From contig JALNVO010000001.1 in NCBI GenBank assembly GCA_023231365.1, positions 1 to 38,237 on the forward strand: a stretch of 38,237 nucleotides of DNA, written 5' to 3'. The notes below the pieces were generated by a model, which searched no databases, was not told the origin of the DNA, and saw only the letters and a program-made list of their open reading frames with translations. A program made the translations under genes and the position numbers. The DNA is from Fibrobacteraceae bacterium (GTDB taxonomy: Bacteria; Fibrobacterota; Fibrobacteria; Fibrobacterales; Fibrobacteraceae). Of this stretch, positions 9,505 through 17,989 are shown one piece after another. Positions within the stretch are counted from its first letter, which is position 1. Each line of letters starts with the position of its first letter.

Positions 9505-9723
9505 ATGGGTATTCGAGTGAATTTGGATGTAATCATGGCGAAACGCCGGATGCGGCTCAATGAGCTTGCCCTTCGCGTCGGTATCACGGAAGCGAATCTG
9601 AGCATTCTCAAGACGGGCAAGGCCCGCGCGGTGCGCTTTGAAACTCTCTCCGCCCTCTGCCGGGAACTGGATTGCCAGCCGGGGGATCTTCTGGAGTTCG
9701 TGCCGGATAAAAAAGAGGCGTAA
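9505..9723 (+). CDS. XRE/Cro-family HTH transcriptional regulator (YozG-like)
   Basis: IRVNLDVIMAKRRMRLNELA...GITEANLSILKTGKARAVRF...CQPGDLLE. Confidence 0.92.
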   Translation: MGIRVNLDVIMAKRRMRLNELALRVGITEANLSILKTGKARAVRFETLSALCRELDCQPGDLLEFVPDKKEA

Positions 9724-9935
9724 GACCATTTTTTTGAGCGTTCTCTTGTCAGTGACCTTCACATAAACTATCTTGGGAATATGTTCAATTTGAATATTCT
9801 TTTCGGCCTTCTTCTTAGTCGCTCCTGAAGCGAGGTCAAAAGGTATTCTTTCAAAAGGCCCGCTTCAATGATGAATGCGGGCCGTGTTATTTTAAGGGCT
9901 TTGCGTGTCATCGTTGAGGGGCAAAGGAGAAAAAG

Positions 9936-10706
9936 ATGAGCGAAGGAAAACAAATGCACCATTTTAACATGATTGAAAACGCCAAGAAACGGTTCCAGTC
10001 TGACCTGCTGAAGAAGGAATACAGCAAAATAACGTCGGATGACGGGCAATTGCAGGAGATGTTCCGGCATTGTAAATTTGTAGATGACGCCCGGTATGTG
10101 GATGTCGGAACGGGCTGCGGTTATGTGGCTTTCGGGATCGCAGCACAGAATGCCCGTTGCCGGGTCACGGGAATTGACATCGTTGAAAACATTCTTGAAC
10201 TGAACAACAGAGCGACAGCGGAAAGAAACGCCCCGAATGTAGAGTTCAGGAAGTTCGACGGCATCGACCTTCCCTTTGATGACAGGTCGGTGACGGGGAT
10301 GTTCGCCCGTTATTCGTTCCATCATTTTCCCGATGTAGGGAAATCAGCCGCCGAGATCGACCGTGTATTGACTGGTGACGGATTCTTCTATGTGACGGAC
10401 CCGCTTCCTGCCGATGGCGACGATGCGGATTTTGCAAACGAGTTCAGCCGGTTACGGCCTGATGGGCATATGCGGTATTATACTGAAAGTGAATATGACC
10501 GACTGTTTCACGGAATTCATCTGGAAAAGGAACACGTGTTCTATACCAAAGTGACGATTCCGAGAAAACTGGATGATCGCTACAGGGAACTGCTCGATGA
10601 AACTCCCGGCTCCATACAAGAAAAATACAATGTCCGCCTTGATGATGAACAAGTGAGAATCGATGTCCCTGTGGGCAACATTCTGTATAGAAGGAAATGC
10701 GCCTGA
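9936..10706 (+). CDS. Class I SAM-dependent methyltransferase (Methyltransf_11/UbiE-like)
   Basis: VDVGTGCG motif I, TGIDI, LPFDDRS, FHHFPD...RVL; AAGGAG SD. Confidence 0.85.
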   Translation: MSEGKQMHHFNMIENAKKRFQSDLLKKEYSKITSDDGQLQEMFRHCKFVDDARYVDVGTGCGYVAFGIAAQNARCRVTGIDIVENILELNNRATAERNAPNVEFRKFDGIDLPFDDRSVTGMFARYSFHHFPDVGKSAAEIDRVLTGDGFFYVTDPLPADGDDADFANEFSRLRPDGHMRYYTESEYDRLFHGIHLEKEHVFYTKVTIPRKLDDRYRELLDETPGSIQEKYNVRLDDEQVRIDVPVGNILYRRKCA

Positions 10707-10710
10707 CAAA

Positions 10711-10736
10711 GGCCCGGCTTCGGGCTGTGTTTTTTT
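10711..10736 (+). terminator. Probable intrinsic terminator
   Basis: GGCCCG-GCTT-CGGGCT followed by GTG and a T run. Confidence 0.55.
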
Positions 10737-10804
10737 ACAACGTATTAAAATATTTTCTCTTGACTTTGCCATCTTTTTCGGCGATTTTTATGGAGAGGTT
10801 TTTT

Positions 10805-11878
10805 ATGTGTAGAAAATACTGGGGTATCCTGATTTTATTTTGTGCTGAAGTTTCGGTAGCGGAGGGAACGGTCAATTACCATTTGAACAAATCTGAAAAT
10901 CCGACTGAAGATGAGCTGGATGCTTATAGCCATATTCAAGTGGCGATGGACTCTGCGGTTGGTATCTATAACAAGTATACGTCCCTCTCTAAGCATATTG
11001 AAGTTTATTATAATATCGGTGTTCCCACGGCGGAGGCTTCTAATAATGGTCGTCTTACTTTCGGAGCCCGCCGAGATTATATGGTGGTATGTACGGCGAT
11101 GCACGAGATAGCGCATACGCTCGGAATGGGGACGACTTCAGAGTATCAGGCGATGATGGTGAATGGCGTTTTCCAAGGGGAAAGAGCACAGGCAATGCTC
11201 AAGGAGCTTACGGGAGACCCGACTGCGGAACTCCATGGCGATTCGCAGCATTTTTGGCCTTATGGACTCAATTACGCAAGCGAAGTCAAATCAGAACAGG
11301 ATTTGGTTTTTCATGCAAAGATTGTAGAGGCTATGTATCAAGACATATTTAAAGAGGCTTTTTATTTTGCAGGCCGGATTCGCTCGGTGTCAAAGAATTT
11401 GTGTATGGGAATAACTTCTTTAAACGCTTTGCAACTTATGAATTGTAGCGACACGGCAACTTTTGTGCGGATTATTGCTGTGGGAGAACCGGTGGCGTAT
11501 CGCATTGAATTAGGCGAGCGCGTTTTAGATGTTCCCAATGAGTCGTTGAATGCGGGAACCGTTCTTGGTACGTATGCTTGGAATGGCGGAGCTCATCAAA
11601 AATCATACAAAGAAAATTTTGAAGCGGATACTTCGGAGTTCTTTTTTAAGAATGTGAAAAGCGGTCTTTATCTGAAAGCAGATGGGACTTCGGTTATTCA
11701 AGATTCTAAAATGGACGGAGACCCCCTTTATTTATGGACGTTAGTAAGTACTTCGCAGACTCTTGCTATTAGAAAATCAGCTATTAGATTACGCGCAGAT
11801 GTCTTATATTTACATAATTTAGATGTAATGGGCCGTCGGATAGACAATAAGCCAGAGCGGATTCTTTTTGCCCGTTAA
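10805..11878 (+). CDS. Secreted protein: HEXXH zincin-like domain + ricin-B-like lectin domain + short basic C-terminal tail
   Basis: GGAGAGG SD; signal peptide; AMHEIAHTLG; LDVPN...YAWNGGAHQ, NVKSGLYL ricin-type repeats; DVMGRR tail. Confidence 0.7.
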   Translation: MCRKYWGILILFCAEVSVAEGTVNYHLNKSENPTEDELDAYSHIQVAMDSAVGIYNKYTSLSKHIEVYYNIGVPTAEASNNGRLTFGARRDYMVVCTAMHEIAHTLGMGTTSEYQAMMVNGVFQGERAQAMLKELTGDPTAELHGDSQHFWPYGLNYASEVKSEQDLVFHAKIVEAMYQDIFKEAFYFAGRIRSVSKNLCMGITSLNALQLMNCSDTATFVRIIAVGEPVAYRIELGERVLDVPNESLNAGTVLGTYAWNGGAHQKSYKENFEADTSEFFFKNVKSGLYLKADGTSVIQDSKMDGDPLYLWTLVSTSQTLAIRKSAIRLRADVLYLHNLDVMGRRIDNKPERILFAR

Positions 11879-11901
11879 AGGAATGTCCGTTCACAGATTA
11901 T

Positions 11902-12393
11902 TTATTCTTTCTTCTCTTCTGCAATCGGTGCGAGTGTGGCGGTAATGGCTGCAATCAAGTCTTTGGGTGCAATTTTCAGCTGGAGTCCGCGGAGCCCGGC
12001 GCTTACATAGATGTAGTCTAATTGTTCTGCGCTCTGGTGAATGTATACCGGGTAGGGCTTCTTTAGGCCCACGGGAGAACAACCGCCGCGGATATAGCCT
12101 GTGAGCGGCAAAAGCTCTTTAACTGCGACGGGTTCTACTTTTTTGTTCTTTGAAATTTGAGCTATCGCCTTGAGATTTACTTCAAGATTTCCGGGAACGA
12201 CGCCCACGAGTAATCCGTTTTTATCACCGCGCATAAGTATCGTCTTAAATACGCGTTCTATGGGTTCGTTGAGCGATGCTGCTACGTGTTCTGCGCCGAG
12301 TTCCGTTTCATCGACGGCGTAAGGGATGAGATCATATGAGATGTGCTTCTGGTCTAAGATGCGGGCTGCGTTCGTCTTGTGAATCTTTTCCAT
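11902..12393 (-). CDS. ybaK: Cys-tRNA(Pro) deacylase
   Basis: KTNAARIL, VFKTIL, TGYIRGGCSPVG, VSAGLRG. Confidence 0.93.
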   Translation of the reverse strand: MEKIHKTNAARILDQKHISYDLIPYAVDETELGAEHVAASLNEPIERVFKTILMRGDKNGLLVGVVPGNLEVNLKAIAQISKNKKVEPVAVKELLPLTGYIRGGCSPVGLKKPYPVYIHQSAEQLDYIYVSAGLRGLQLKIAPKDLIAAITATLAPIAEEKKE

Positions 12394-12443
12394 ATTGGCC
12401 TTTATAAGGACTAGCAAAAATATAAAATCAAAGAATAGGGAAT

Positions 12444-12478
12444 AAAAGAAGAGGACTGCTTTTATGCGGTCCTCTTTT
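12444..12478 (-). terminator. Terminator downstream of cobB
   Basis: AAGAGGACCGC-ataaaa-GCAGTCCTCTT followed by CTTTT on the minus strand (one mismatch). Confidence 0.6.
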
Positions 12479-12492
12479 GCGCAATCGGTTTG

Positions 12493-13176
12493 CTATTTGA
12501 AGTTTTCGCACCAAGTGGGCACAACTTCGCTTGCCTTCCCTTCCAAGAACGCGTCTGTGTTGCGGTCTTCCCGGTCGACTTCCAAGTTGAGGCAGGTAAC
12601 GTGCGCTTTATAGTGCTTGGCAAGTTGCTTGAAACCTGCTGCGGGGTATACCACGCTGCTTGTTCCGATATAAGCAAATTCTTTTGTGTGTAATAGTGCG
12701 TTTTCGATTTTGTCCATATACAGAGGTATTTCTCCGAACCATACGATGTGTGGGCGAGTAGGCGCTCCGCAGAATGGGCATTTCGTTTCGGCGGTCTCTT
12801 CTCCGTCAAAGTTAAAGACATGGCTTTCGTTTGCTTCGCAGCGGAGCTGCTTTAGAGCTCCGTGCATGTGGAGAACTCGCTTGCTTCCGGCGCGTTCGTG
12901 AAGATCATCCACATTTTGCGTCACGAGCAAGAAATCATCGCCAAGCCGCTCTTCTAGCTTGGCAAGGGCAAAGTGTGCCGCGTTTGGTTTGTAGTTGGGG
13001 AGACCCACCCGGAGGGAATTGTAAAAGTTCCTCACGCGGGCCTTGTCGCGGTAATATCCTTCGGGTGTCGCAACGTCTTCAATTTTTTCATTTTCCCAAA
13101 GCCCGTTGTTGCCGCGGAATGTCCGGAGTCCGGATTCTGCGCTGATTCCTGCGCCAGTGAGTACGACTAATTTCAT
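12493..13176 (-). CDS. cobB: NAD-dependent protein deacylase (sirtuin)
   Basis: GAGISAESGLRTFRG, TQNVDDLHERAG, HMHG, CPFCG..RPHIVWFGE, GTSSVVYPAA. Confidence 0.93.
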   Translation of the reverse strand: MKLVVLTGAGISAESGLRTFRGNNGLWENEKIEDVATPEGYYRDKARVRNFYNSLRVGLPNYKPNAAHFALAKLEERLGDDFLLVTQNVDDLHERAGSKRVLHMHGALKQLRCEANESHVFNFDGEETAETKCPFCGAPTRPHIVWFGEIPLYMDKIENALLHTKEFAYIGTSSVVYPAAGFKQLAKHYKAHVTCLNLEVDREDRNTDAFLEGKASEVVPTWCENFK

Positions 13177-14549
13177 TTGCAGAGTCCTTGTAAGAACAAT
13201 GCTTCGGCGAGCATACCCCGTTCCAAATCGGAAAGATTCAAACTTTCATTTTCGCTGTGGGCATTGCATTTCGGGTCTTCGAGACCGGTCAATAGAATGG
13301 GAATGTTCCCGAACATATCGCGGAATAGCTGTGCGCCGGGGATGGACGCCCCGCAGCCTATGTACTTCGCTTCTGTACCGAAGGCATCGGTCATTGCTTG
13401 TTTCATCAGGCCGAAATACGGGTGTGAAATGTCTGTTGTAAAGGGGTCTGCACCGTCTTCCGTAAAGAGCGAAAGTTCAAGCCCGTTAGGGCAGATTTTC
13501 TTCAAATGGTCAATGAGTTTGAGTGTACATGTGTCTGCGGCCATTCCCGGAGCGAGCCTAATTCCAATGCGGGCGTAAGCGGAATCTTGAAGTACGTTTC
13601 CCGCCTGGGTTCGCGAACCGGCCTCAATGGCTGTAACCACGATTGACGGCTTTCTCCAGAGTGTTGTAAGAATGTCGCCGCTTTTGGAAAATAGGTTGAC
13701 ATTCGGAAGAACTCCCGCTTCCTTGCGGAATTTGTCTTCCGTATAATCCAAAGCCCTGTAACTTTGAAGTTCTTCTTTGCTAGGAGTTTCGATGCCATCG
13801 TAAAAGTGATCGATGAGAATGTTCCCGTTTGAATCTGTGAGCGTTGCTATCATTTTGCAAAGAGCCTGCACGGGGTCGGGGATCGGGCCCGACCAAGAGC
13901 CCGAGTGGAGTGGTGTTTTCATTGCTTTCAGCACTACGGAAACGGCGGACATTCCGCGGAGCGTCGTAGTGATAGAGGGGACGCCCGAATCGAAATTCGA
14001 AAGGTCTGCGATGATAACCCCATCGCATTTGAGAAGTTCTTTGTTTTCCTTTAGAATTTGGGCAAAACCGGAGCTGCCGGATTCTTCTTCGCCTTCGATG
14101 ACCATTTTGATATTCGGCATCCGATCACTCGAAAGAGCGAGCACTTGCGTAACAGCGGCAAGGTGGAGAATGATGCCGGATTTGTCATCCGCAGCCCCTC
14201 TTCCATATAAGCGCCCATTGCGGATTTCAGGGGCAAACGGAGGTGTTTCCCAGAGTGCTTCGCGCATCGTAGGCTGCACATCATGGTGAGCGTAGAGGAG
14301 TATCGTCGGGTTGGATGGTTTTGTCTTGAGTTCGGCGAATACGGTAACGCGCCCGCTGGGAGGTGTTAAAAATTTGGCATTCTCAAAACCGTGGCTTTCA
14401 AAGAGCTGTTTTACAGCTTTTGCAGAACGCAAGATCTCGTTTTTATCAAAATCTTCAAAACTAATGGATGGAATTCGGATTAAAGTTTCAAGAGCTTCTA
14501 CGTAACGCGGAAATTGTTCGTGGATTCTCTTTTCCAAAGTCTCTTTCAT
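13173..14549 (-). CDS. M20 family metallo-dipeptidase
   Basis: YAHHDVQP, GRGAADDK, EGEEESGS, LHSG, GASIP, AHSENE; 4-bp overlap with cobB. Confidence 0.9.
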   Translation of the reverse strand: MKETLEKRIHEQFPRYVEALETLIRIPSISFEDFDKNEILRSAKAVKQLFESHGFENAKFLTPPSGRVTVFAELKTKPSNPTILLYAHHDVQPTMREALWETPPFAPEIRNGRLYGRGAADDKSGIILHLAAVTQVLALSSDRMPNIKMVIEGEEESGSSGFAQILKENKELLKCDGVIIADLSNFDSGVPSITTTLRGMSAVSVVLKAMKTPLHSGSWSGPIPDPVQALCKMIATLTDSNGNILIDHFYDGIETPSKEELQSYRALDYTEDKFRKEAGVLPNVNLFSKSGDILTTLWRKPSIVVTAIEAGSRTQAGNVLQDSAYARIGIRLAPGMAADTCTLKLIDHLKKICPNGLELSLFTEDGADPFTTDISHPYFGLMKQAMTDAFGTEAKYIGCGASIPGAQLFRDMFGNIPILLTGLEDPKCNAHSENESLNLSDLERGMLAEALFLQGLCK

Positions 14550-14599
14550 AGCACACACCTTTTTTCTTGTAACAATTTTTTGTTAATTTAATCTTAAAT

Positions 14600-15766
14600 A
14601 TGGCAATCGATTGTGTTAACCATGACTATTATTTGCTGAAAGGCGATAAAATTCTCGCCTTAATCCGTCGGATTTTCAAGAATTCTACAGAGTTCCGACA
14701 CGATTCTTTGAAGTATGCGGCTCGTTTTGCACCCTTTATTCCGTTTATCGGTGGCCGCCCGGATCTTTCGGAAAAGCTTAAGTGCCGGATAACGTTCAAG
14801 GACCGCAGTTGTCCTTTGTATTTGAGTTCTCCGATTATACTTGCTGCGGGTGCGAACAAAACGGCAAGCCGCATTTCCGATTTTGCGAATTTGGTCTTTG
14901 GCGGTATTACAGTCGGAACAGCTACCCGAAATTTCCGCGAAGGAAATCCCCACAGGCCGCGGCTCGGTTTTTTGGAAGAGGACCGCTCCATTTACAACAG
15001 TATGGGCCTCAACAATGACGGCATAGAAATGATTTCTAAGCGCGTGGATGCCCAGCTCACCTATGCGCACAAAGCGGGAATGTCCGTGGGTATCTCTGTA
15101 GCTGAAACTCCGGGGCTCATATCCGATGATATTAAGCTCAAGGATGTACTTGAGAGTTTTGCGATTGCGTACAAAGCGGCAGATTATGTAGAAATTAATG
15201 TCAGTTGCCCGAATACCGGTGAAAACCGCATTGATCTGGATACCCGATTCACGGAACTTCTTTTTTCGGAGATAATGAATTTTCGCAAGACCCAGTGCCC
15301 GCGCAAGGCTGTTTATGCGAAGCTCAGCCCGGATATGTCGGAACATCAGCTCATTTCCACACTGGACATTCTTTCCCGATATGGTGTGAATGGAGTGGTA
15401 CTCGGCAATACGTTCCCTTCGCGTAAAATCGGCGAGCTTCCGATGTTTTCCAAATACGAAGACTTGAAATCGCTCCGCGCCGATGGCGATAAAGGTGGAA
15501 TTTCGGGCCGCCCTTTATACCAGAACACGTTTTGGATGGTGCAGACGGTAAAATCCCGCTATCCGGAAATGAGCGTTATCGCTTGTGGCGGAATTGATCA
15601 AGGCTGTAAAATTTATGATCTCCTCCGCTTGGGCGCCGATGCTGTTCAATGCTATTCTGTGGTCGCGTTCCGATGGATGCCTGCGCATGCGATGCGCCGT
15701 GAACTTTCTCTTGCTCTTAAAAAAGACGGCTTTGCGGCTCTTTCCGAGATGCAGTCCAAAGAATGA
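14600..15766 (+). CDS. pyrD: Dihydroorotate dehydrogenase
   Basis: LAAGANK, GNPHRPR, NSMGLNNDG, NVSCPNT, KLSPD, GNT, GGISGRPL, ACGGI. Confidence 0.85.
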   Translation: MAIDCVNHDYYLLKGDKILALIRRIFKNSTEFRHDSLKYAARFAPFIPFIGGRPDLSEKLKCRITFKDRSCPLYLSSPIILAAGANKTASRISDFANLVFGGITVGTATRNFREGNPHRPRLGFLEEDRSIYNSMGLNNDGIEMISKRVDAQLTYAHKAGMSVGISVAETPGLISDDIKLKDVLESFAIAYKAADYVEINVSCPNTGENRIDLDTRFTELLFSEIMNFRKTQCPRKAVYAKLSPDMSEHQLISTLDILSRYGVNGVVLGNTFPSRKIGELPMFSKYEDLKSLRADGDKGGISGRPLYQNTFWMVQTVKSRYPEMSVIACGGIDQGCKIYDLLRLGADAVQCYSVVAFRWMPAHAMRRELSLALKKDGFAALSEMQSKE

Positions 15767-15782
15767 CCGCTTGGGAGGCATC

Positions 15783-16325
15783 ATGCGCCAATTGATAGGA
15801 ATTCTCCTGTGCATAGCCTTCTTCTCGGCGCCTTCTTTTGCCGGCTTTTTTTTGGACTCCGATGAAGATGTCGTGGAAAAAAGTGCCATTTCCGAACCGG
15901 GGTTCTTTTTTGGTGGCGGAGGCTCGGCTTCTTATTATTTAGGAGCCGTGGACCTTGCGCTCGAAGGCCTTGCCGCATATCGATTTGCAAGCGATTACAC
16001 CTGCGCAATGAATTTATCTGTAGGCGTTTCGGGACTAGTAGATGAATTGGGCATTGAACTTCGCAAGTCCTTTGATGAATTTGACTATTTTGGCCTCGGC
16101 GTTTCGGGGCTGCTATACAGACGCGATGGGGAACTTGAAAAATCTCCCCGCATTTCGGTTGCTTATGGGCGGAATTCTCTCCCTTGGAAAAATGCCCATT
16201 TTGCCTTTGCCACGTCCATTCGACTTTCGTATATTATTGGTGGAAGTCTGGGTCGTGAACAGACGTATATTACAAAAACAGCGAGTACAGTGATCGATGG
16301 AAAAATTATACTTATCTTTTTCTAG
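15783..16325 (+). CDS. Hypothetical exported protein, possible small outer-membrane beta-barrel
   Basis: GGAGG SD; signal peptide; amphipathic beta-like segments; C-terminal Phe. Confidence 0.55.
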   Translation: MRQLIGILLCIAFFSAPSFAGFFLDSDEDVVEKSAISEPGFFFGGGGSASYYLGAVDLALEGLAAYRFASDYTCAMNLSVGVSGLVDELGIELRKSFDEFDYFGLGVSGLLYRRDGELEKSPRISVAYGRNSLPWKNAHFAFATSIRLSYIIGGSLGREQTYITKTASTVIDGKIILIFF

Positions 16326-17073
16326 GACGTTGCTCATTTTCATTGTTTTATTTTGTGCACAAACATTTGCAGCTCCGTGGCTTGGGCTTTCTTTTAAGCA
16401 AGAACCGTATAAAAATCAAATTGCATTGAAAGTGATTGGGCTTCACCCGTCATCGAATGCGATTGCGGCTGGCGTCGCCGTGGACGATTTGATTATTTCC
16501 ATGAATGGAACTCCGCTTGCGAATCTTTCTCTAGTCCAAAAATTTACCTCGAAAGCTAAGGTGGGCGATAAGATAAAACTTGGCATTGATCGCAAAGGGA
16601 AACAAATTTTTTTAAATGTGCTTTTTACGAAACGCCCGGATGATGTTTCGAGCCTTACCGGATCTTCTATCGGGAGCAAGGCTACGGCTTTCAAAAAAAA
16701 CTTTTACAAAAATGGTGAAAAGCGCAAGGCGAAACCCAAGGTGACTTTGCTCGATTTTTGGGCCACTTGGTGCGGGCCTTGCCGCCAGACGCTTCCTATT
16801 TTAGGGCGTCTTTATGAAAAGCTCAGCTCTTCTGGTTTGGAAGTCATCGGCATTGCAAATGAGCAAGAGAGCGTACTTGATGATTTTTATGCCGAACATC
16901 CGTCGCCGTATCCGCTATACCGGGATGCGACCGAGGAAATGTGGCGGCGTTATGGCATTAATGCCGTACCTACGCTGATGCTACTTGATTCCAACGGTTA
17001 TATTCAAAAAGTATGGCCGGGAGCACCAAACGAGGCCGGCTTAGAAAGCGCCGTCCGCGATGCGATGAGATGA
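16297..17073 (+). CDS. PDZ + TlpA-like thioredoxin, exported
   Basis: Signal peptide; PWLGL...GVAVDDLIISMNG PDZ domain; DFWATWCGPC and AVPT cis-Pro loop. Confidence 0.85.
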   Translation: MEKLYLSFSRTLLIFIVLFCAQTFAAPWLGLSFKQEPYKNQIALKVIGLHPSSNAIAAGVAVDDLIISMNGTPLANLSLVQKFTSKAKVGDKIKLGIDRKGKQIFLNVLFTKRPDDVSSLTGSSIGSKATAFKKNFYKNGEKRKAKPKVTLLDFWATWCGPCRQTLPILGRLYEKLSSSGLEVIGIANEQESVLDDFYAEHPSPYPLYRDATEEMWRRYGINAVPTLMLLDSNGYIQKVWPGAPNEAGLESAVRDAMR

Positions 17074-17105
17074 ATTTGCGTATGCATTTTGTTATTGTGA
17101 TGTAT

Positions 17106-17220
17106 CGTCATTGCGATTGAGATGCCTTTGGCGCTTTAGCGCTTAGGAATTCCGATGCAAAGTTGCGAAGCGAAGCAATCTGGATAGGATTGCCGCTTCG
17201 CTACGCTCCTTGCAATGACA
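17106..17220. repeat. REP-like palindromic element (GTCATTGCGA...GCAATGAC type)
   Basis: Outer GTCATTGC/GCAATGAC inverted repeat; inner GCGAAGCGAAGCAATC...GATTGCCGCTTCGC; between convergent genes. Confidence 0.75.
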
Positions 17221-17233
17221 CTCAAATAGAGGC

Positions 17234-17989
17234 TTAGCTGTTAGAAAGTTCCCGCGCTTTGGCTTCGACTTCTCGCACGAGTGCCGCTTTATCGCTTGCG
17301 TTCGCCTTAATGATCCGCACGAATACGGATCCAGCGACAACCGCATCTACGCTGCTTGCGAGCGATTGCGATTGCTCACCGCCGGTGATACCGAAACCGC
17401 CGTAGATTTTGGAACCGCCTTCGCCGGCATTCTTCAAGAATTCGATCGTATGGGAATCGATCGTTGTCTTGCTCCCGGTGATTCCTGCGCGGAGTGCCGC
17501 ATAGATGTGCGCAAAACCGCAGTGGGCGAGTTTCGAAAGGCGTTCCTTGGTCATGCTCGGAGCTGCGACGGGAATGTTTTCCATACCGTATTTTTTACAG
17601 GCTGCGGTGAGTCCTTCATCGTGATCGAAAGGAAGATCCGGAATGATCATTCCTTTTACGCCCGCTTCGGAAGCCCTTTTGCAGAACGCATCCACGCCCG
17701 GAGTGTAGATAAGCGAACCATAGCTCATAATGTAAATCCTCGTTTCCGGATGCGCTTTGTGGACTTTGGCGATAAAGGCAAGCCCGTCGGCTGTGCGGTA
17801 GTTCCTATTCAATACTTCGGTGCAAGCACCCTGAATAGCGGGGCCGTCCGCAGAAGGGTCGCTGAACGGAAGCTGAATTTCCAAAATGTCCGCACCGCCC
17901 TTGATCATCGCTTCTGCCGCTGCAAAAGCAATATCGTCGGTGGGGTAGCCCGCAACCAAGTGGCTCATCAATTTAATTTTCTGTGTCAT
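17234..17989 (-). CDS. trpA: Tryptophan synthase alpha chain
   Basis: AGYP, LEIQLPFSDPSADGPAIQ, IIPDLP, GITG, GFGI, VAGS. Confidence 0.95.
   Translation of the reverse strand: MTQKIKLMSHLVAGYPTDDIAFAAAEAMIKGGADILEIQLPFSDPSADGPAIQGACTEVLNRNYRTADGLAFIAKVHKAHPETRIYIMSYGSLIYTPGVDAFCKRASEAGVKGMIIPDLPFDHDEGLTAACKKYGMENIPVAAPSMTKERLSKLAHCGFAHIYAALRAGITGSKTTIDSHTIEFLKNAGEGGSKIYGGFGITGGEQSQSLASSVDAVVAGSVFVRIIKANASDKAALVREVEAKARELSNS

Noticed and set aside
12493-13176. Sirtuin as a SIR2 anti-phage effector
   Set aside because: Canonical short CobB-type deacylase in a housekeeping operon with an M20 peptidase
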